The position numbers were made by a program, and so were the translations under genes. From the NCBI GenBank assembly GCA_045538735.1, contig JAZSRY010000069.1, positions 3,810 through 67,809 of the forward strand: a stretch of DNA of 64,000 nt, read 5' to 3'. Origin of the DNA: Oscillospiraceae bacterium. GTDB lineage: Bacteria; Bacillota; Clostridia; Oscillospirales; Oscillospiraceae. Shown piece by piece: positions 26,858-36,368 of the stretch (position 1 is its first letter; each line of letters begins with the position of its first letter). Below the pieces are notes generated by a model. It was not told where the DNA came from, did no database searches, and saw nothing but the letters and a program-made list of their open reading frames with translations.

Positions 26858-27538
26858 TCATTTGAATGGACATCTCACACCGATGCACTGATTATTCTGA
26901 GAGGAGTGGACGCATTTGATTTCGCTAAGTTCCATCTCAACGCCGAGCTTCTCTTTGGCAAATTCCACCGCCTTGGTAATTGCAAGGTAAGAATCCCGTT
27001 TGCAGCAACGGGGACCGCCCACCTCGCCAATGGCGCCCAGTGCAGCAGAAGTCATTTTGTTGGAGAGTCCCCAGCTCTCATTTGCAAGGGGAGTTGATCC
27101 CGTCACGATAGAAATAAACATACCTGCGCTGACACCTGCACCGCAGGCACCCCAAAATCCGCAGGCACCACCGGGAACTTTTTTGCCGCGGGACTGCATT
27201 TCAATAAGAGCTTTTTCAAGATCAATTTTGCCGCCTGCGTTTTTATAGGCGGTAAGCAGCGCTGAGCCTACCATAATATGATGCTCCGGCCCGTGCATAT
27301 GGCAAAAATCAAGTGCCATCATCTTTTGAATGATCTCTATGGGATTCTTTGAGGTCTGGCCAAGACATAGCCCGATAATGCGGTCTATTCCTTGCGTATG
27401 ACAATCGCTGCATACATAATGACCATTTTCACAAAAGGTTTTGCTGTTTTCTTTTTTGTGGCAAAGAGCGCATTCCATCTCGGTGTCGGTTTCTGAATAT
27501 TTCAGCGGCGCACCGCAAATCAAGCATTCGTCTTTCAT
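26858..27538 (-). CDS. Cys-rich putative metal/redox protein (DUF5714-like, as recalled)
   Basis: 226-aa ORF with AAGGAG RBS. N-terminal zinc-ribbon pairs (CLICG...CALCH, CSDCH), the motif GGACGFWGACGAG, and the C-terminal pattern RCCKRD...C...C. Confidence 0.7.
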   Translation of the reverse strand: MKDECLICGAPLKYSETDTEMECALCHKKENSKTFCENGHYVCSDCHTQGIDRIIGLCLGQTSKNPIEIIQKMMALDFCHMHGPEHHIMVGSALLTAYKNAGGKIDLEKALIEMQSRGKKVPGGACGFWGACGAGVSAGMFISIVTGSTPLANESWGLSNKMTSAALGAIGEVGGPRCCKRDSYLAITKAVEFAKEKLGVEMELSEIKCVHSSQNNQCIGVRCPFK

Positions 27539-27830
27539 ATGTTCTCCTTAAAACCTGAAACGAAAATCACAAATCCGGTACCGGCATTATATCATAAAAC
27601 AACAGCAAAATAAACAGCTATATAGATTTAGCAGAAAACCGGAGACGATTCTTATTGCTGCAAAAACCGACTCACATAAAGATAAAAGACAGCACAGCCT
27701 TTCGATCATGCTATCCTAAGATATAAAGATAACGCAAAGGAACTGACGCCATTTTCCTTAGGGGCTTGTCGTTTCGACAAAATAATGCTATTGTGTAGGT
27801 AAGTTATAATTCCATCGAAAGGAGAAAAAC

Positions 27831-28568
27831 GTGACAAAAACTGCTTTATCCTCATTTGACACGCCGACTCCCGTGGGATATTCCCGCAAAAAGTGGTTTA
27901 CGGCAGTGAAAGCCATCGTTAAGCTTTTTGTGAGAAAACCGGAATTTGTTTTCCTGGGAGAAGCTCCCGGACCCGGATGCATTATTTTGAGCAACCATGA
28001 GGGCGCATCGGGCCCCCTGACTCTGGAGCTTTATGCCAAGCTGCCCATCCGTTTTTGGGGCACCTATGAGATGAACACCGATTTCAAAACGGCCTATCGC
28101 TACCAGACCAATATTTACTACCATCAGAAAAAACAGTGGAACATTCATCTGGCGCGTCTTTTCTGCCTGATCGCTACACCGCTTACCAGAATGTTCTATA
28201 TCGGTCTGGAGCTGATTTCTTCTTACGGCGATGTCCGCTTGAGAAGCACTTTCCGCCAAAGCATTGACATACTTAAAAAGAATCAGACACTGGTTATCTT
28301 CCCAGAGGTTTCGGATAGGGGCTATTTTAAGGTGCTGACAGGCTTTTACCCCGGCGTATCCATGATGCTTGAGCAGTGCCGCCGCAACGGCCTGAATGTG
28401 CCAGTGTATGTGGCATACCTGAATAAGGAAACCCGAAAATTCATATTCGATGCACCTAAAAGTGTGGACGAACTGCTGGAGGAAGGACTTTCCAAAGCGG
28501 CTCTTGCGGAAAAGCTCTGCAATCGCTGCAACGAACTGGGAAAAATGCAGCTGCCCGATAAGCAGTGA
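27831..28568 (+). CDS. PlsC/LPLAT-family acyltransferase (1-acyl-sn-glycerol-3-phosphate acyltransferase-like)
   Basis: 245-aa ORF with a GTG start after AAAGGAG. HX4-type motif SNHEGASG and FPE motif IFPEVSDRG. Confidence 0.72.
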   Translation: MTKTALSSFDTPTPVGYSRKKWFTAVKAIVKLFVRKPEFVFLGEAPGPGCIILSNHEGASGPLTLELYAKLPIRFWGTYEMNTDFKTAYRYQTNIYYHQKKQWNIHLARLFCLIATPLTRMFYIGLELISSYGDVRLRSTFRQSIDILKKNQTLVIFPEVSDRGYFKVLTGFYPGVSMMLEQCRRNGLNVPVYVAYLNKETRKFIFDAPKSVDELLEEGLSKAALAEKLCNRCNELGKMQLPDKQ

Positions 28569-28594
28569 GCTATTAACGCTTCTGAAATGACACA

Positions 28595-28637
28595 AAATAA
28601 GTCCTGTAATCCCGTCGGGATTGCAGGACTTATTTTG
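28595..28637 (+). terminator. Intrinsic terminator
   Basis: AATAAGTCCTGTAATCCC-GTC-GGGATTGCAGGACTTATT followed by TTG. Confidence 0.8.
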
Positions 28638-28768
28638 CTCAGGCTATGGGAGATGCAAACACCGGCACATGGAAGAACGAAAACAATTTCTTTACTACTA
28701 AATTGTAGTATGATATTATAATTTAATACGAACTAATAGTCAGAATATAAAATATTAGTGGTGATACT

Positions 28769-30256
28769 ATGCGAAATATACTGGAACTTCTTCAGAAAGC
28801 GGTGGAAAATCATCCGCAGAAGACCGCGATTGTTGACAGAGACCGTAAGGTGACATTTGCGGAACTGGACCTTCAGGCCAGAAAAATCGGAGCGGCCATT
28901 TGCAGATATGGTCTTGTGAATGCTCCGATTGGCGTTATTGCCTCTCGGGACGCGGACACCTTGATTTTCTTTCTGGGCGTTCTTTTCAGCGGTAATTTTT
29001 ATGTGCCTGTTGACCCCGATATGCCTCCTGAGAAAAAACGTCATATCATTGAAGATGCCGACTTTAAGCTAATTGTTGGAAAACAGGAAAATCGACATCT
29101 GCTGGACTGCGTGTCTTTCGGCGGCGTATATCTCAGCCCTGACGATGTGCTTGAAAAACTGCAGTCTTTCCCGAATGTGGGCGGCGATGATCCCGCGTAT
29201 ATGGTATACACCTCCGGCTCCACCGGAATTCCCAAAGGCGTACTGAAAAGCCACAAGGCTTTGCTGAGTTTTGTTCAGGCATATGCCGAAACATTTGATT
29301 TTTCAACGGATGAGATCATAGGCAACCAGACTCCCTTTTATTTTGACGCTTCTGCCAAAGATATTTATATGATGCTGCAGCTGGGCTGCACTCTGGATAT
29401 TTTACCGACAACACTGTTCACCCTGCCGCCGGACCTGATCGATTACCTGAATGAGCACCGTGTTAGTTTCGCGTCCTGGGTTCCCACGGTTCTTTCGCTG
29501 GTTTCTCAACTGAATCCCTTCTCCTATGTTAAACCCACTACCCTGAAGAAGGTGTTCTTTGTTGGCGAGGTTATGCCTATGAAGCACCTGAACAAGTGGA
29601 GACAGGCCTTGCCGGATATTAAGTATGTAAATCTCTACGGTCAGTCTGAACTTGCCGGCATTTGCTGCTATTACGAAGTGACAGGAGCTTTTTCGGATAC
29701 GGATACGCTGCCCATGGGAAAAGCGCTGTGCAACTGCGATGTATATCTTCTGGATGGGGAACAAATTATTACAGAGCCCGGTCAAATAGGTGAGCTCTAT
29801 GTTTGCAGCGATGCCATTGCTCTTGAATATTATCATGATCCTGAAAAGACAAAGGCCAGTTTTGTGTACCGTGATTTTGGCAATGGCCCGGTAAGATGCT
29901 TCAAAACCGGTGATTTGGCACAGTATGACGAACAGGGAAATTTGATTTTCGCGTCCCGTACGGATCTTCAGATTAAACATATGGGACACCGCATTGAACT
30001 GGGTGAGATTGAGACAATTGCCGGAGCGCTGGAGGAAGTGCATCGGTGCTGCTGCGTTTATGACGGGGACAAACGTAAAATCATTCTTTTCTGCCAGCTC
30101 GCGCAGGGAGTTGAAATGAAGGGCACAGATATCAGAAGATTGCTTAAGGAGAAGCTGTCTGATTATATGCTGCCGGGTAAAGTCGTTGTCATGGAGCAGC
30201 TGCCCACGAATGCCAACGGGAAAATTGACAGACAGAAATTGAAAAATGCTGTTTAA
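28769..30256 (+). CDS. DltA-like amino acid adenylation enzyme (carrier-protein ligase)
   Basis: 495-aa ORF with AMP-binding motifs YMVYTSGSTGIPKG, YGQSE, YKTGD and GKIDRQKL, and DltA-like length. Confidence 0.88.
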   Translation: MRNILELLQKAVENHPQKTAIVDRDRKVTFAELDLQARKIGAAICRYGLVNAPIGVIASRDADTLIFFLGVLFSGNFYVPVDPDMPPEKKRHIIEDADFKLIVGKQENRHLLDCVSFGGVYLSPDDVLEKLQSFPNVGGDDPAYMVYTSGSTGIPKGVLKSHKALLSFVQAYAETFDFSTDEIIGNQTPFYFDASAKDIYMMLQLGCTLDILPTTLFTLPPDLIDYLNEHRVSFASWVPTVLSLVSQLNPFSYVKPTTLKKVFFVGEVMPMKHLNKWRQALPDIKYVNLYGQSELAGICCYYEVTGAFSDTDTLPMGKALCNCDVYLLDGEQIITEPGQIGELYVCSDAIALEYYHDPEKTKASFVYRDFGNGPVRCFKTGDLAQYDEQGNLIFASRTDLQIKHMGHRIELGEIETIAGALEEVHRCCCVYDGDKRKIILFCQLAQGVEMKGTDIRRLLKEKLSDYMLPGKVVVMEQLPTNANGKIDRQKLKNAV

Positions 30257-30277
30257 GAAGAAAAGGAGATATAAGTT

Positions 30278-30508
30278 ATGGAAAAGCTTATGGAAATAAT
30301 GATGGAAATTGACCCCGATGTGGATTATGAAACAGAAACCAATCTGATTGACGGTCAGGTGTATGATTCTTTGAGCATTCTTACACTGATTACCACAATA
30401 TGTGAAGAATTCGATATCGAAATCGGCCCCAAGTGGATGCGCAATGAAAATTTCAACAGCATCCATGCCATTTGGGAAATGATTCAGGCAATTCAGGAGG
30501 ATGAATAA
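30278..30508 (+). CDS. DltC-like acyl/aminoacyl carrier protein
   Basis: 76-aa ORF with AAGGAG RBS and the phosphopantetheine site context YDSLSILTLI. Confidence 0.8.
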   Translation: MEKLMEIMMEIDPDVDYETETNLIDGQVYDSLSILTLITTICEEFDIEIGPKWMRNENFNSIHAIWEMIQAIQEDE

Positions 30509-30536
30509 CATCCCAAATATTATGTGAGGTTTTTAT

Positions 30537-32141
30537 ATGTCAATCACATCACTTGAATTTATATTGTTCATGGTGGTTGTGCTGTGCGCATACTATATTG
30601 TTCCGGGGAAACTGCAGTGGGTGGTATTGCTGTGCGCCAGCATTTTCTTTTATTTAAGCTGCGGCATAAAAACCGGCATCTATGTTTTGACCACTTCAGT
30701 AACAGTGTATGGCGCTACATACTGGATGCAGAACATCAGCGACAAACAAAAGATATTTTTGCGTCAGAATAAGGAAATCCTTTCAAAAGAGGAAAAAAGC
30801 AGAATCAAAAAGGCCAACAAGCATAAGAGAAGATGGATTATGCTGGCTGTGCTGCTTGTGAATCTGGGTTTCCTCTGCACTTTTAAGTATCTTCATTTTG
30901 CTATAGATCAAATCAATTCTGTTGCATCCCTTATAGGCGCAGGAACTATAAATAACTCCTTTTCACTGATCGTTCCTCTTGGAATTTCCTTTTACACATT
31001 CCAGGCCGTTGGCTATCTTGTGGATGTATACTGGGAGAATATTGAAGCGGAAAAAAACTATTTCAAGGTATTGCTTTTTGTGTCATTCTTCCCGCAAATG
31101 ACCCAAGGCCCCATCAGCCAGTATGAGAACCTGTCCAAGGAGCTGTTTACACCGCATAAACCCTCTTATATAAATTATTCCAGAGGATTTCAGCGTCTTA
31201 TATGGGGCTTCTTCAAGAAGATGGTGGTTGCGGATTTCCTTTCCGTTTATGTGGCCGATGTGTTTGCCAATTATGGAAATTATTCCGGCGCTACCACATT
31301 GATCGGTGCGTTCATGTACAGCATTCAGATCTATGCTGACTTCTCCGGTTATATGGACATTATGTGCGGCATGTGTCAGATTATGGGCATCAAGCTGCCG
31401 GAGAACTTTGACCGCCCCTATTTCTCTCAGTCCATTGCGGAATACTGGCGCAGATGGCACATAAGCCTGGGCGCGTGGTTCAAGAGGTACATATATTTTG
31501 CAATCGGTATGTCCACATGGAACCGCAGCCTGGCAAAAAAGTGCCGCGAAAAATTTGGCAAGCATTTCAGCGATACGCTTCCTGCTTCTGTTGCGCTGGT
31601 TGTGGTGTGGCTCGCAACGGGTATATGGCACGGCGCAAGCTGGGCGTATATTGCCTGGGGTCTGGTAAACGGTCTGTTTATTATATTCTCCATGTGGATG
31701 GAGCCGGTGTACCAGGGCGTTAATAACAAACTGGGAATCAGGCAGGAATCACAAATTTGGAAAATGTTCCGTATTGCCAGAACCTTTGTGCTTGTAACCT
31801 TTATCAAAGTGCTGCCTGAAGTTGGCACCCTGTCCGACGGAATTGGTTTTTTGAAGAACATATTTGTTTCAAAGGTTCCCTTCCATTCTCTTGCCCAGCT
31901 GCTGCCATTTATTAACCTGGGAGATTTTGAAACACTTATGCAGCTTGCTGTGGCAGCCGTGGGTGTTGTGCTGATGTTCGTTTTCTCCGTAATTCAGGGA
32001 AAACGCCCGGTTCGGGACTGCTTCAACAAAATTCCTATGCCCGTGAGAGTGCTTATTCTGGTATGTGCGGTTCTGATCATCAGCATTTTTGGTGTCAGAG
32101 CAAACTGGGGAACGGGAGGATTTATGTATGCGAATTTCTAA
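30537..32141 (+). CDS. MBOAT-family membrane O-acyltransferase (DltB/AlgI-like)
   Basis: 534-aa polytopic ORF with the conserved motifs FYTFQAVGYLVDVY, YWRRWHISLGAWFKRYIY and GIWHGASW. Confidence 0.9.
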   Translation: MSITSLEFILFMVVVLCAYYIVPGKLQWVVLLCASIFFYLSCGIKTGIYVLTTSVTVYGATYWMQNISDKQKIFLRQNKEILSKEEKSRIKKANKHKRRWIMLAVLLVNLGFLCTFKYLHFAIDQINSVASLIGAGTINNSFSLIVPLGISFYTFQAVGYLVDVYWENIEAEKNYFKVLLFVSFFPQMTQGPISQYENLSKELFTPHKPSYINYSRGFQRLIWGFFKKMVVADFLSVYVADVFANYGNYSGATTLIGAFMYSIQIYADFSGYMDIMCGMCQIMGIKLPENFDRPYFSQSIAEYWRRWHISLGAWFKRYIYFAIGMSTWNRSLAKKCREKFGKHFSDTLPASVALVVVWLATGIWHGASWAYIAWGLVNGLFIIFSMWMEPVYQGVNNKLGIRQESQIWKMFRIARTFVLVTFIKVLPEVGTLSDGIGFLKNIFVSKVPFHSLAQLLPFINLGDFETLMQLAVAAVGVVLMFVFSVIQGKRPVRDCFNKIPMPVRVLILVCAVLIISIFGVRANWGTGGFMYANF

Positions 32142-33135
32142 AAAATTCATTCTGTCTGTTCTCTGCTTTCTCCTGGCGCTGATTTTGCTCTCCGGAATTT
32201 TACTGTATCCCGTATTCAATTATGAATTGCGAAATTACCGGGACGCAAACTTGAGAGCTTCCCTCGCCGGTCAGATTGATTACTTGTTTTTGGGTGCTTC
32301 TCACGGCGTTGCTGCCTACCAGCCCGTTACGGTGGATGCGCAGTTGGGGACTTCAAGTTATAACCTTTCCTGCCAGATGATGGACTGGAATTCCAGAATA
32401 TATATGCTGGAAAAGGAACTGGCACGCAATCCTGTAGAGCATGTAGTGATTGAGATTTCCTATAACGCCCTTTATCGTGATGAAACGACGGAGCATGCTG
32501 AAGGCCAGGCGCTTACGGTTCAGCGTATGGATTCCCTCGGTGAAGCTCTGCGCTTTATGTGCAATAATGTCAGCGTTAATGACTGGCTGAATATTTATTC
32601 GCGGCTTTTGATATCGGGCGTTGCCCAGTGGATGGATTTGCTTAAAGGTGATACAACTAAGCAAATCCAATATGAAAACCGGGGATTTTATTCCATGGAT
32701 TCCAATACCATAAATTTGGAGGAAATTTCGGGCACAAATGTACATACCGAGTATCTGCAGGAAAATATGCTGAAGCTGGAGCAGGTGCTTCAAATGTGCA
32801 GAGATGCTCAGGCCGAATGCAGCATTGTTGTGGTTCCGGTATCGGATTCCCTGCTTTATAAATCCGAAGGCTTTGACAGCTTTTACGAGTATATGAAAGG
32901 CTACTGTCTGGAGCAGGGCTGCGAATTTTATGATTTTAATTTGCTGCGTTCCAGATACTCCCTTTTCTCTGATTCCTACAGCTTTTATGACACCGTCCAT
33001 ATGAGCGATCAGGGAGCAACAGCTTTCTCAAACGCATATGCGGATGTTATGAAGCGTGTGAAGAACGGTGAGCCCATAGATATGCTGTTCTACGGCAGCT
33101 ATCAGGAAATGCTGCAGGACTCTCCCCACGCCTGA
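32128..33135 (+). CDS. DltD-like/SGNH-like membrane-anchored protein
   Basis: ORF 32089-33135; I prefer the ATG at 32128 (MRISKKF), 7 nt after GGGAGGA, overlapping the MBOAT stop. It has an N-terminal TM segment, the motif LFLGASHG near the N-terminus, and C-terminal DTVHMS (D-x-x-H). Confidence 0.65.
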   Translation: MRISKKFILSVLCFLLALILLSGILLYPVFNYELRNYRDANLRASLAGQIDYLFLGASHGVAAYQPVTVDAQLGTSSYNLSCQMMDWNSRIYMLEKELARNPVEHVVIEISYNALYRDETTEHAEGQALTVQRMDSLGEALRFMCNNVSVNDWLNIYSRLLISGVAQWMDLLKGDTTKQIQYENRGFYSMDSNTINLEEISGTNVHTEYLQENMLKLEQVLQMCRDAQAECSIVVVPVSDSLLYKSEGFDSFYEYMKGYCLEQGCEFYDFNLLRSRYSLFSDSYSFYDTVHMSDQGATAFSNAYADVMKRVKNGEPIDMLFYGSYQEMLQDSPHA

Positions 33136-33159
33136 GCCAGTTGGGATTATATAAGTGAA

Positions 33160-33195
33160 AAAGAAAGCCCGCCGTCGGCGGGCTGTCTTTTTTTC
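33160..33195. terminator. Bidirectional intrinsic terminator
   Basis: AGCCCGCC-GTC-GGCGGGCT followed by GTCTTTTTTT, with an A-run upstream. Confidence 0.85.
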
Positions 33196-33205
33196 TTGTT
33201 TCCGC

Positions 33206-34414
33206 TTATGAATTGATTTTGGCAGTATTGCTGAGGGTGTGAAAACTTTTGAGGAGATTAATGAATTTCATAACGAGGCGTCCGTCCTCTAAAATGCAAC
33301 GATAAATTTTACTGCCGTGCTGCACTTCCAGATATTTACCTGGGCTGAAGGGCAGGGAGGGAATGTTTTTAATGGGCACAAGAATATCGGAGCTTTCTCC
33401 GTCTATTTCGCCTTCAATACGAAAACCCTCGGCGCTGAGACTGAGAGTGCCGCTGCCAACCTGGCGGAAACGGTGTTTTCCTTCCTCCAGCGCGCAAAAG
33501 ACGGAGGGGCTGCTGATGGAAGCAAGTTCGCCACTCTCCGCAGAGGAGAGGACTTTGTCAAAGATGAGGCGGCTCCAATCGGAGACATAGCGCAGCTCCT
33601 CCCCGTGGACCGAGCATTTATGGAGCATAGCGTAATCGTCGCTTTGCTGAGCATAGCCGCATTTTTCGCACTGGAGAATATTTTTGCATTTCAAGCGTAT
33701 GGAAAATTCCTCGCCGCAGTGGGGGCAGATATATAAGACGTTTTCAAGCCCGGCAATGTTTTTGCAGCCGCTGAAGCGAACCCGATAGCCCTCCTGCTCA
33801 CGGTAAGCATCGAAAAGAAGGGCCTCCTCGGTGCGGCGGCGGATGCTCTCCTCGTCCAGAGCGGCAAGCTCCTGCGCGGAAAAAAGCTTGTATATATCTA
33901 TGTAGGTGCGTCCGGGGCGGAGCGTTGAGGACCATTTCGGAAGCACAAAATACGAACCGTAGGAGCGGGCTGCGTAGACATCGGTGCCGAGCCATTTGAG
34001 GAATTTATAGGTGGCTGAGGGAATGGGGGTGGAAAGCCCGTCCTCGCACATAAGTCCTGCGGGATAAATAGCAAGCCTTCCGCCGGAGGAAACAACGCTT
34101 TTCATCTTTTTCAGGTCGCTGACCTCGGTTTGAAACTGCTGCTTGGGTATCAGTCCCAGCTTGCTCAGAAAGCCCTGCAGGGGAAGGGTGCCGAAAATGG
34201 AGCGGCTTACCACAAAATTCATCGGCTTTTTGCAGGCGCCGATAAGGTTGACAAAGTCAAGGGCGGTCTGGTGGTTGGCTATAACCACAAAGGGACCCGA
34301 AGCGTTTTTAATCTCATTTCTGAGAAACCTTCTGCGAAAAAGCAGGCGGGCTGCCAAATTGGCAACAACCCGGGCAATTCCATAGCAAAAGGGATTTGGT
34401 GCTGCGTGGCGCAT
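33206..34414 (-). CDS. PlsC/LPLAT-family acyltransferase with C-terminal zinc-ribbon-containing extension
   Basis: 402-aa ORF with HX4D motif ANHQTALD, the motif IYPAG, and then CPHCGEE...CEKCGY. Confidence 0.8.
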   Translation of the reverse strand: MRHAAPNPFCYGIARVVANLAARLLFRRRFLRNEIKNASGPFVVIANHQTALDFVNLIGACKKPMNFVVSRSIFGTLPLQGFLSKLGLIPKQQFQTEVSDLKKMKSVVSSGGRLAIYPAGLMCEDGLSTPIPSATYKFLKWLGTDVYAARSYGSYFVLPKWSSTLRPGRTYIDIYKLFSAQELAALDEESIRRRTEEALLFDAYREQEGYRVRFSGCKNIAGLENVLYICPHCGEEFSIRLKCKNILQCEKCGYAQQSDDYAMLHKCSVHGEELRYVSDWSRLIFDKVLSSAESGELASISSPSVFCALEEGKHRFRQVGSGTLSLSAEGFRIEGEIDGESSDILVPIKNIPSLPFSPGKYLEVQHGSKIYRCILEDGRLVMKFINLLKSFHTLSNTAKINS

Positions 34415-34796
34415 AGGCGTTCCTCTTCTTTCTGTCTTAGTGAGGTTTTATACAGAATATCACAAATTTATCTTTCGGACAAGCGGCGCTTGATTAATCC
34501 CGGTTTGGAATTATATTAAACACACATAGTTTCAATTTCCGGTAATTGCATATTATGCTCAAGGAGTGTTCTTATAAGCAGTTTTGAAAATCTTCGCATG
34601 GCGGATAATTTCTATCAGACCTCTCTTTTCCTCCCCATACCTACCGTTATCATCAGCACACTCTGCCCCAAGGGAAGCAGTACGCAGGGACTCTGTTGCC
34701 GGTGCAGCCGCTTTGACCTTTTTGGGTGGAATGCTCCTATTGCTTTTTAGTTACTGGGACTGTATACTTATATACAATAAAAAGGCAGGTGGCATT

Positions 34797-35237
34797 GTGA
34801 AAAGCTTTGTAACAGAAACCGATATTGAATATGTAAAAAAACAGTCCTATAAGGTAGTGGGAGTAATCTTTATCATTTTATCTCTTCTGGCGCTGCTGGT
34901 TCTCCTCATTTCCGTTAAGATATATGCCTGCGTGGAGATAATTGTTATTCTGGCATGTCTTATGGGTGTGTTTTCCAAGAAATATGCTGCCCATGACTAT
35001 GTGCTGCGCTTTGAAGACCGCGACCTGATTGTGCGCAACAGAGCGGGCACCGAGGGCTTCCGCCTTGAAGCGCTTTCCATAGGAGATTTCACCTTCAAGC
35101 AGTCGGCAAGGGAAAAAAAGCTCAATTACTGCACACTGCTTATCAATGGCTCCACAATTGCCTTCGGCGGCATCAAAAACTGCAAAGAGATGAAAACCTA
35201 CATAAACGCAAACTGCAAAAACAGCTATCATAAATAA
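34797..35237 (+). CDS. Hypothetical two-TM membrane protein (start uncertain)
   Basis: Only the distal part of ORF 34584-35237 looks protein-like. A GTG at 34797 follows AGGCAGGTGG; an ATG at 34731 is the alternative start. Confidence 0.4.
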   Translation: MKSFVTETDIEYVKKQSYKVVGVIFIILSLLALLVLLISVKIYACVEIIVILACLMGVFSKKYAAHDYVLRFEDRDLIVRNRAGTEGFRLEALSIGDFTFKQSAREKKLNYCTLLINGSTIAFGGIKNCKEMKTYINANCKNSYHK

Positions 35238-35239
35238 GC

Positions 35240-35270
35240 AAAATCCCGCTTCACTGAAGCGGGATTTTTA
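35240..35270. terminator. Bidirectional intrinsic terminator
   Basis: AAATCCCGCTTC-ACTG-AAGCGGGATTT followed by TTA. Confidence 0.8.
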
Positions 35271-35275
35271 ATTTG

Positions 35276-36262
35276 TCAACCGAAATATATTTTGCTCTGC
35301 TTGCGGATCTCGTCCATAATGCAGTCGTTCACACCGGGGAAGATGCTGCCTTCGCCGCCGTAGGTGAGGCAGGGGATGAAGCAGCCGCCCTCGCTGTATT
35401 CGCGGCAGGCACGCTGAACCTCGGCACGGACCTTTTCCTCCGTCCAGTCGGGAACGTCAACAACGCTGGCTTCAATGCCGCCCATAAGCAGCAGCTTATA
35501 GTCGGTGTCCTTTTTAATCTGCTGAATATCATTGCTGGGGAGAACGCCCTCCCAGATGTCTATGCCGATATCGACCATATCTTTGGCGATGGGCTGGCAG
35601 TAGCTGTCGGCATGGTGCATGGCTATCATGCCCTCGCTCTTTATAAGGCCGTAAATCTCTCTGTAGGGTTCTTTGAAAAACTCGCGCCACATATCGGGAG
35701 CCATGAAAAGGTTGGTCTTGCTGCCCCAGTCATCGTGGAACATAAGCACATCGGGGTTTATGTTGTCCTTGATAAGCTTAATCTGCGCCAGCTTCATTTC
35801 TTTGATGGCGGCAATCAGCTCGTGCATAGCATCGGGCTCTTCGTAAAATGCGCAAAGAGCGCCCTCAAAGCCGAGAAGGAAGTGGGTCGTTTCGAAAAGG
35901 CCGGTGGGCATCCAGCACATAACGAACTTATCCTGAGCGCGGAAAGCCTCGGCCTGAGCCTTTGCGGCTGTCCAGTCCAGCTCAACTGTGCTCATGTCGG
36001 GAAGCTTGACATATTTTTTCCACTCCGCAGCATCGGGGCATACCAGCTTGTCGGGGGTGGTGATGGGCATTACGCCGGGTTCATCGGCGCGCCATTCGAG
36101 GGTTACGCCGTGGGGAGTGACGGCGGTGCCGCCGGGGGCAACGGGGGACATAAAGAAAAATACGGGATCCCAAACCTGAGGGAACACCTCCCAGGAGTTG
36201 ACAAAAGCGTCGGGTTTGCCTTTGCGCCAGGTCTCATAAAAGTTTTCCTTGAGTGTAAGCAT
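35276..36262 (-). CDS. Uroporphyrinogen decarboxylase (URO-D) family protein, MtaA/CmuA-like methyltransferase type
   Basis: 328-aa ORF. The family assignment rests on overall resemblance (e.g. MFHDDWGSKTNLFM, HHADSYC). Confidence 0.8.
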   Translation of the reverse strand: MLTLKENFYETWRKGKPDAFVNSWEVFPQVWDPVFFFMSPVAPGGTAVTPHGVTLEWRADEPGVMPITTPDKLVCPDAAEWKKYVKLPDMSTVELDWTAAKAQAEAFRAQDKFVMCWMPTGLFETTHFLLGFEGALCAFYEEPDAMHELIAAIKEMKLAQIKLIKDNINPDVLMFHDDWGSKTNLFMAPDMWREFFKEPYREIYGLIKSEGMIAMHHADSYCQPIAKDMVDIGIDIWEGVLPSNDIQQIKKDTDYKLLLMGGIEASVVDVPDWTEEKVRAEVQRACREYSEGGCFIPCLTYGGEGSIFPGVNDCIMDEIRKQSKIYFG

Positions 36263-36368
36263 ATTTTGCGCTCCTTTCCTTCAGATAATTTATTATATCA
36301 TGGCCTAGGATGGTCAACAAGATATATTTGACGGATGGAGGATTGGAGGTTATATTATAGCTATGCTT

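Noticed and set aside
28629-28643. TTGCTCAGGCTA after the 28.6-kb terminator matches the outer end of the MITE-like element.
   Set aside because: Only about 12 nt match, with no adjacent element sequence. This is too short to call a solo terminal repeat.
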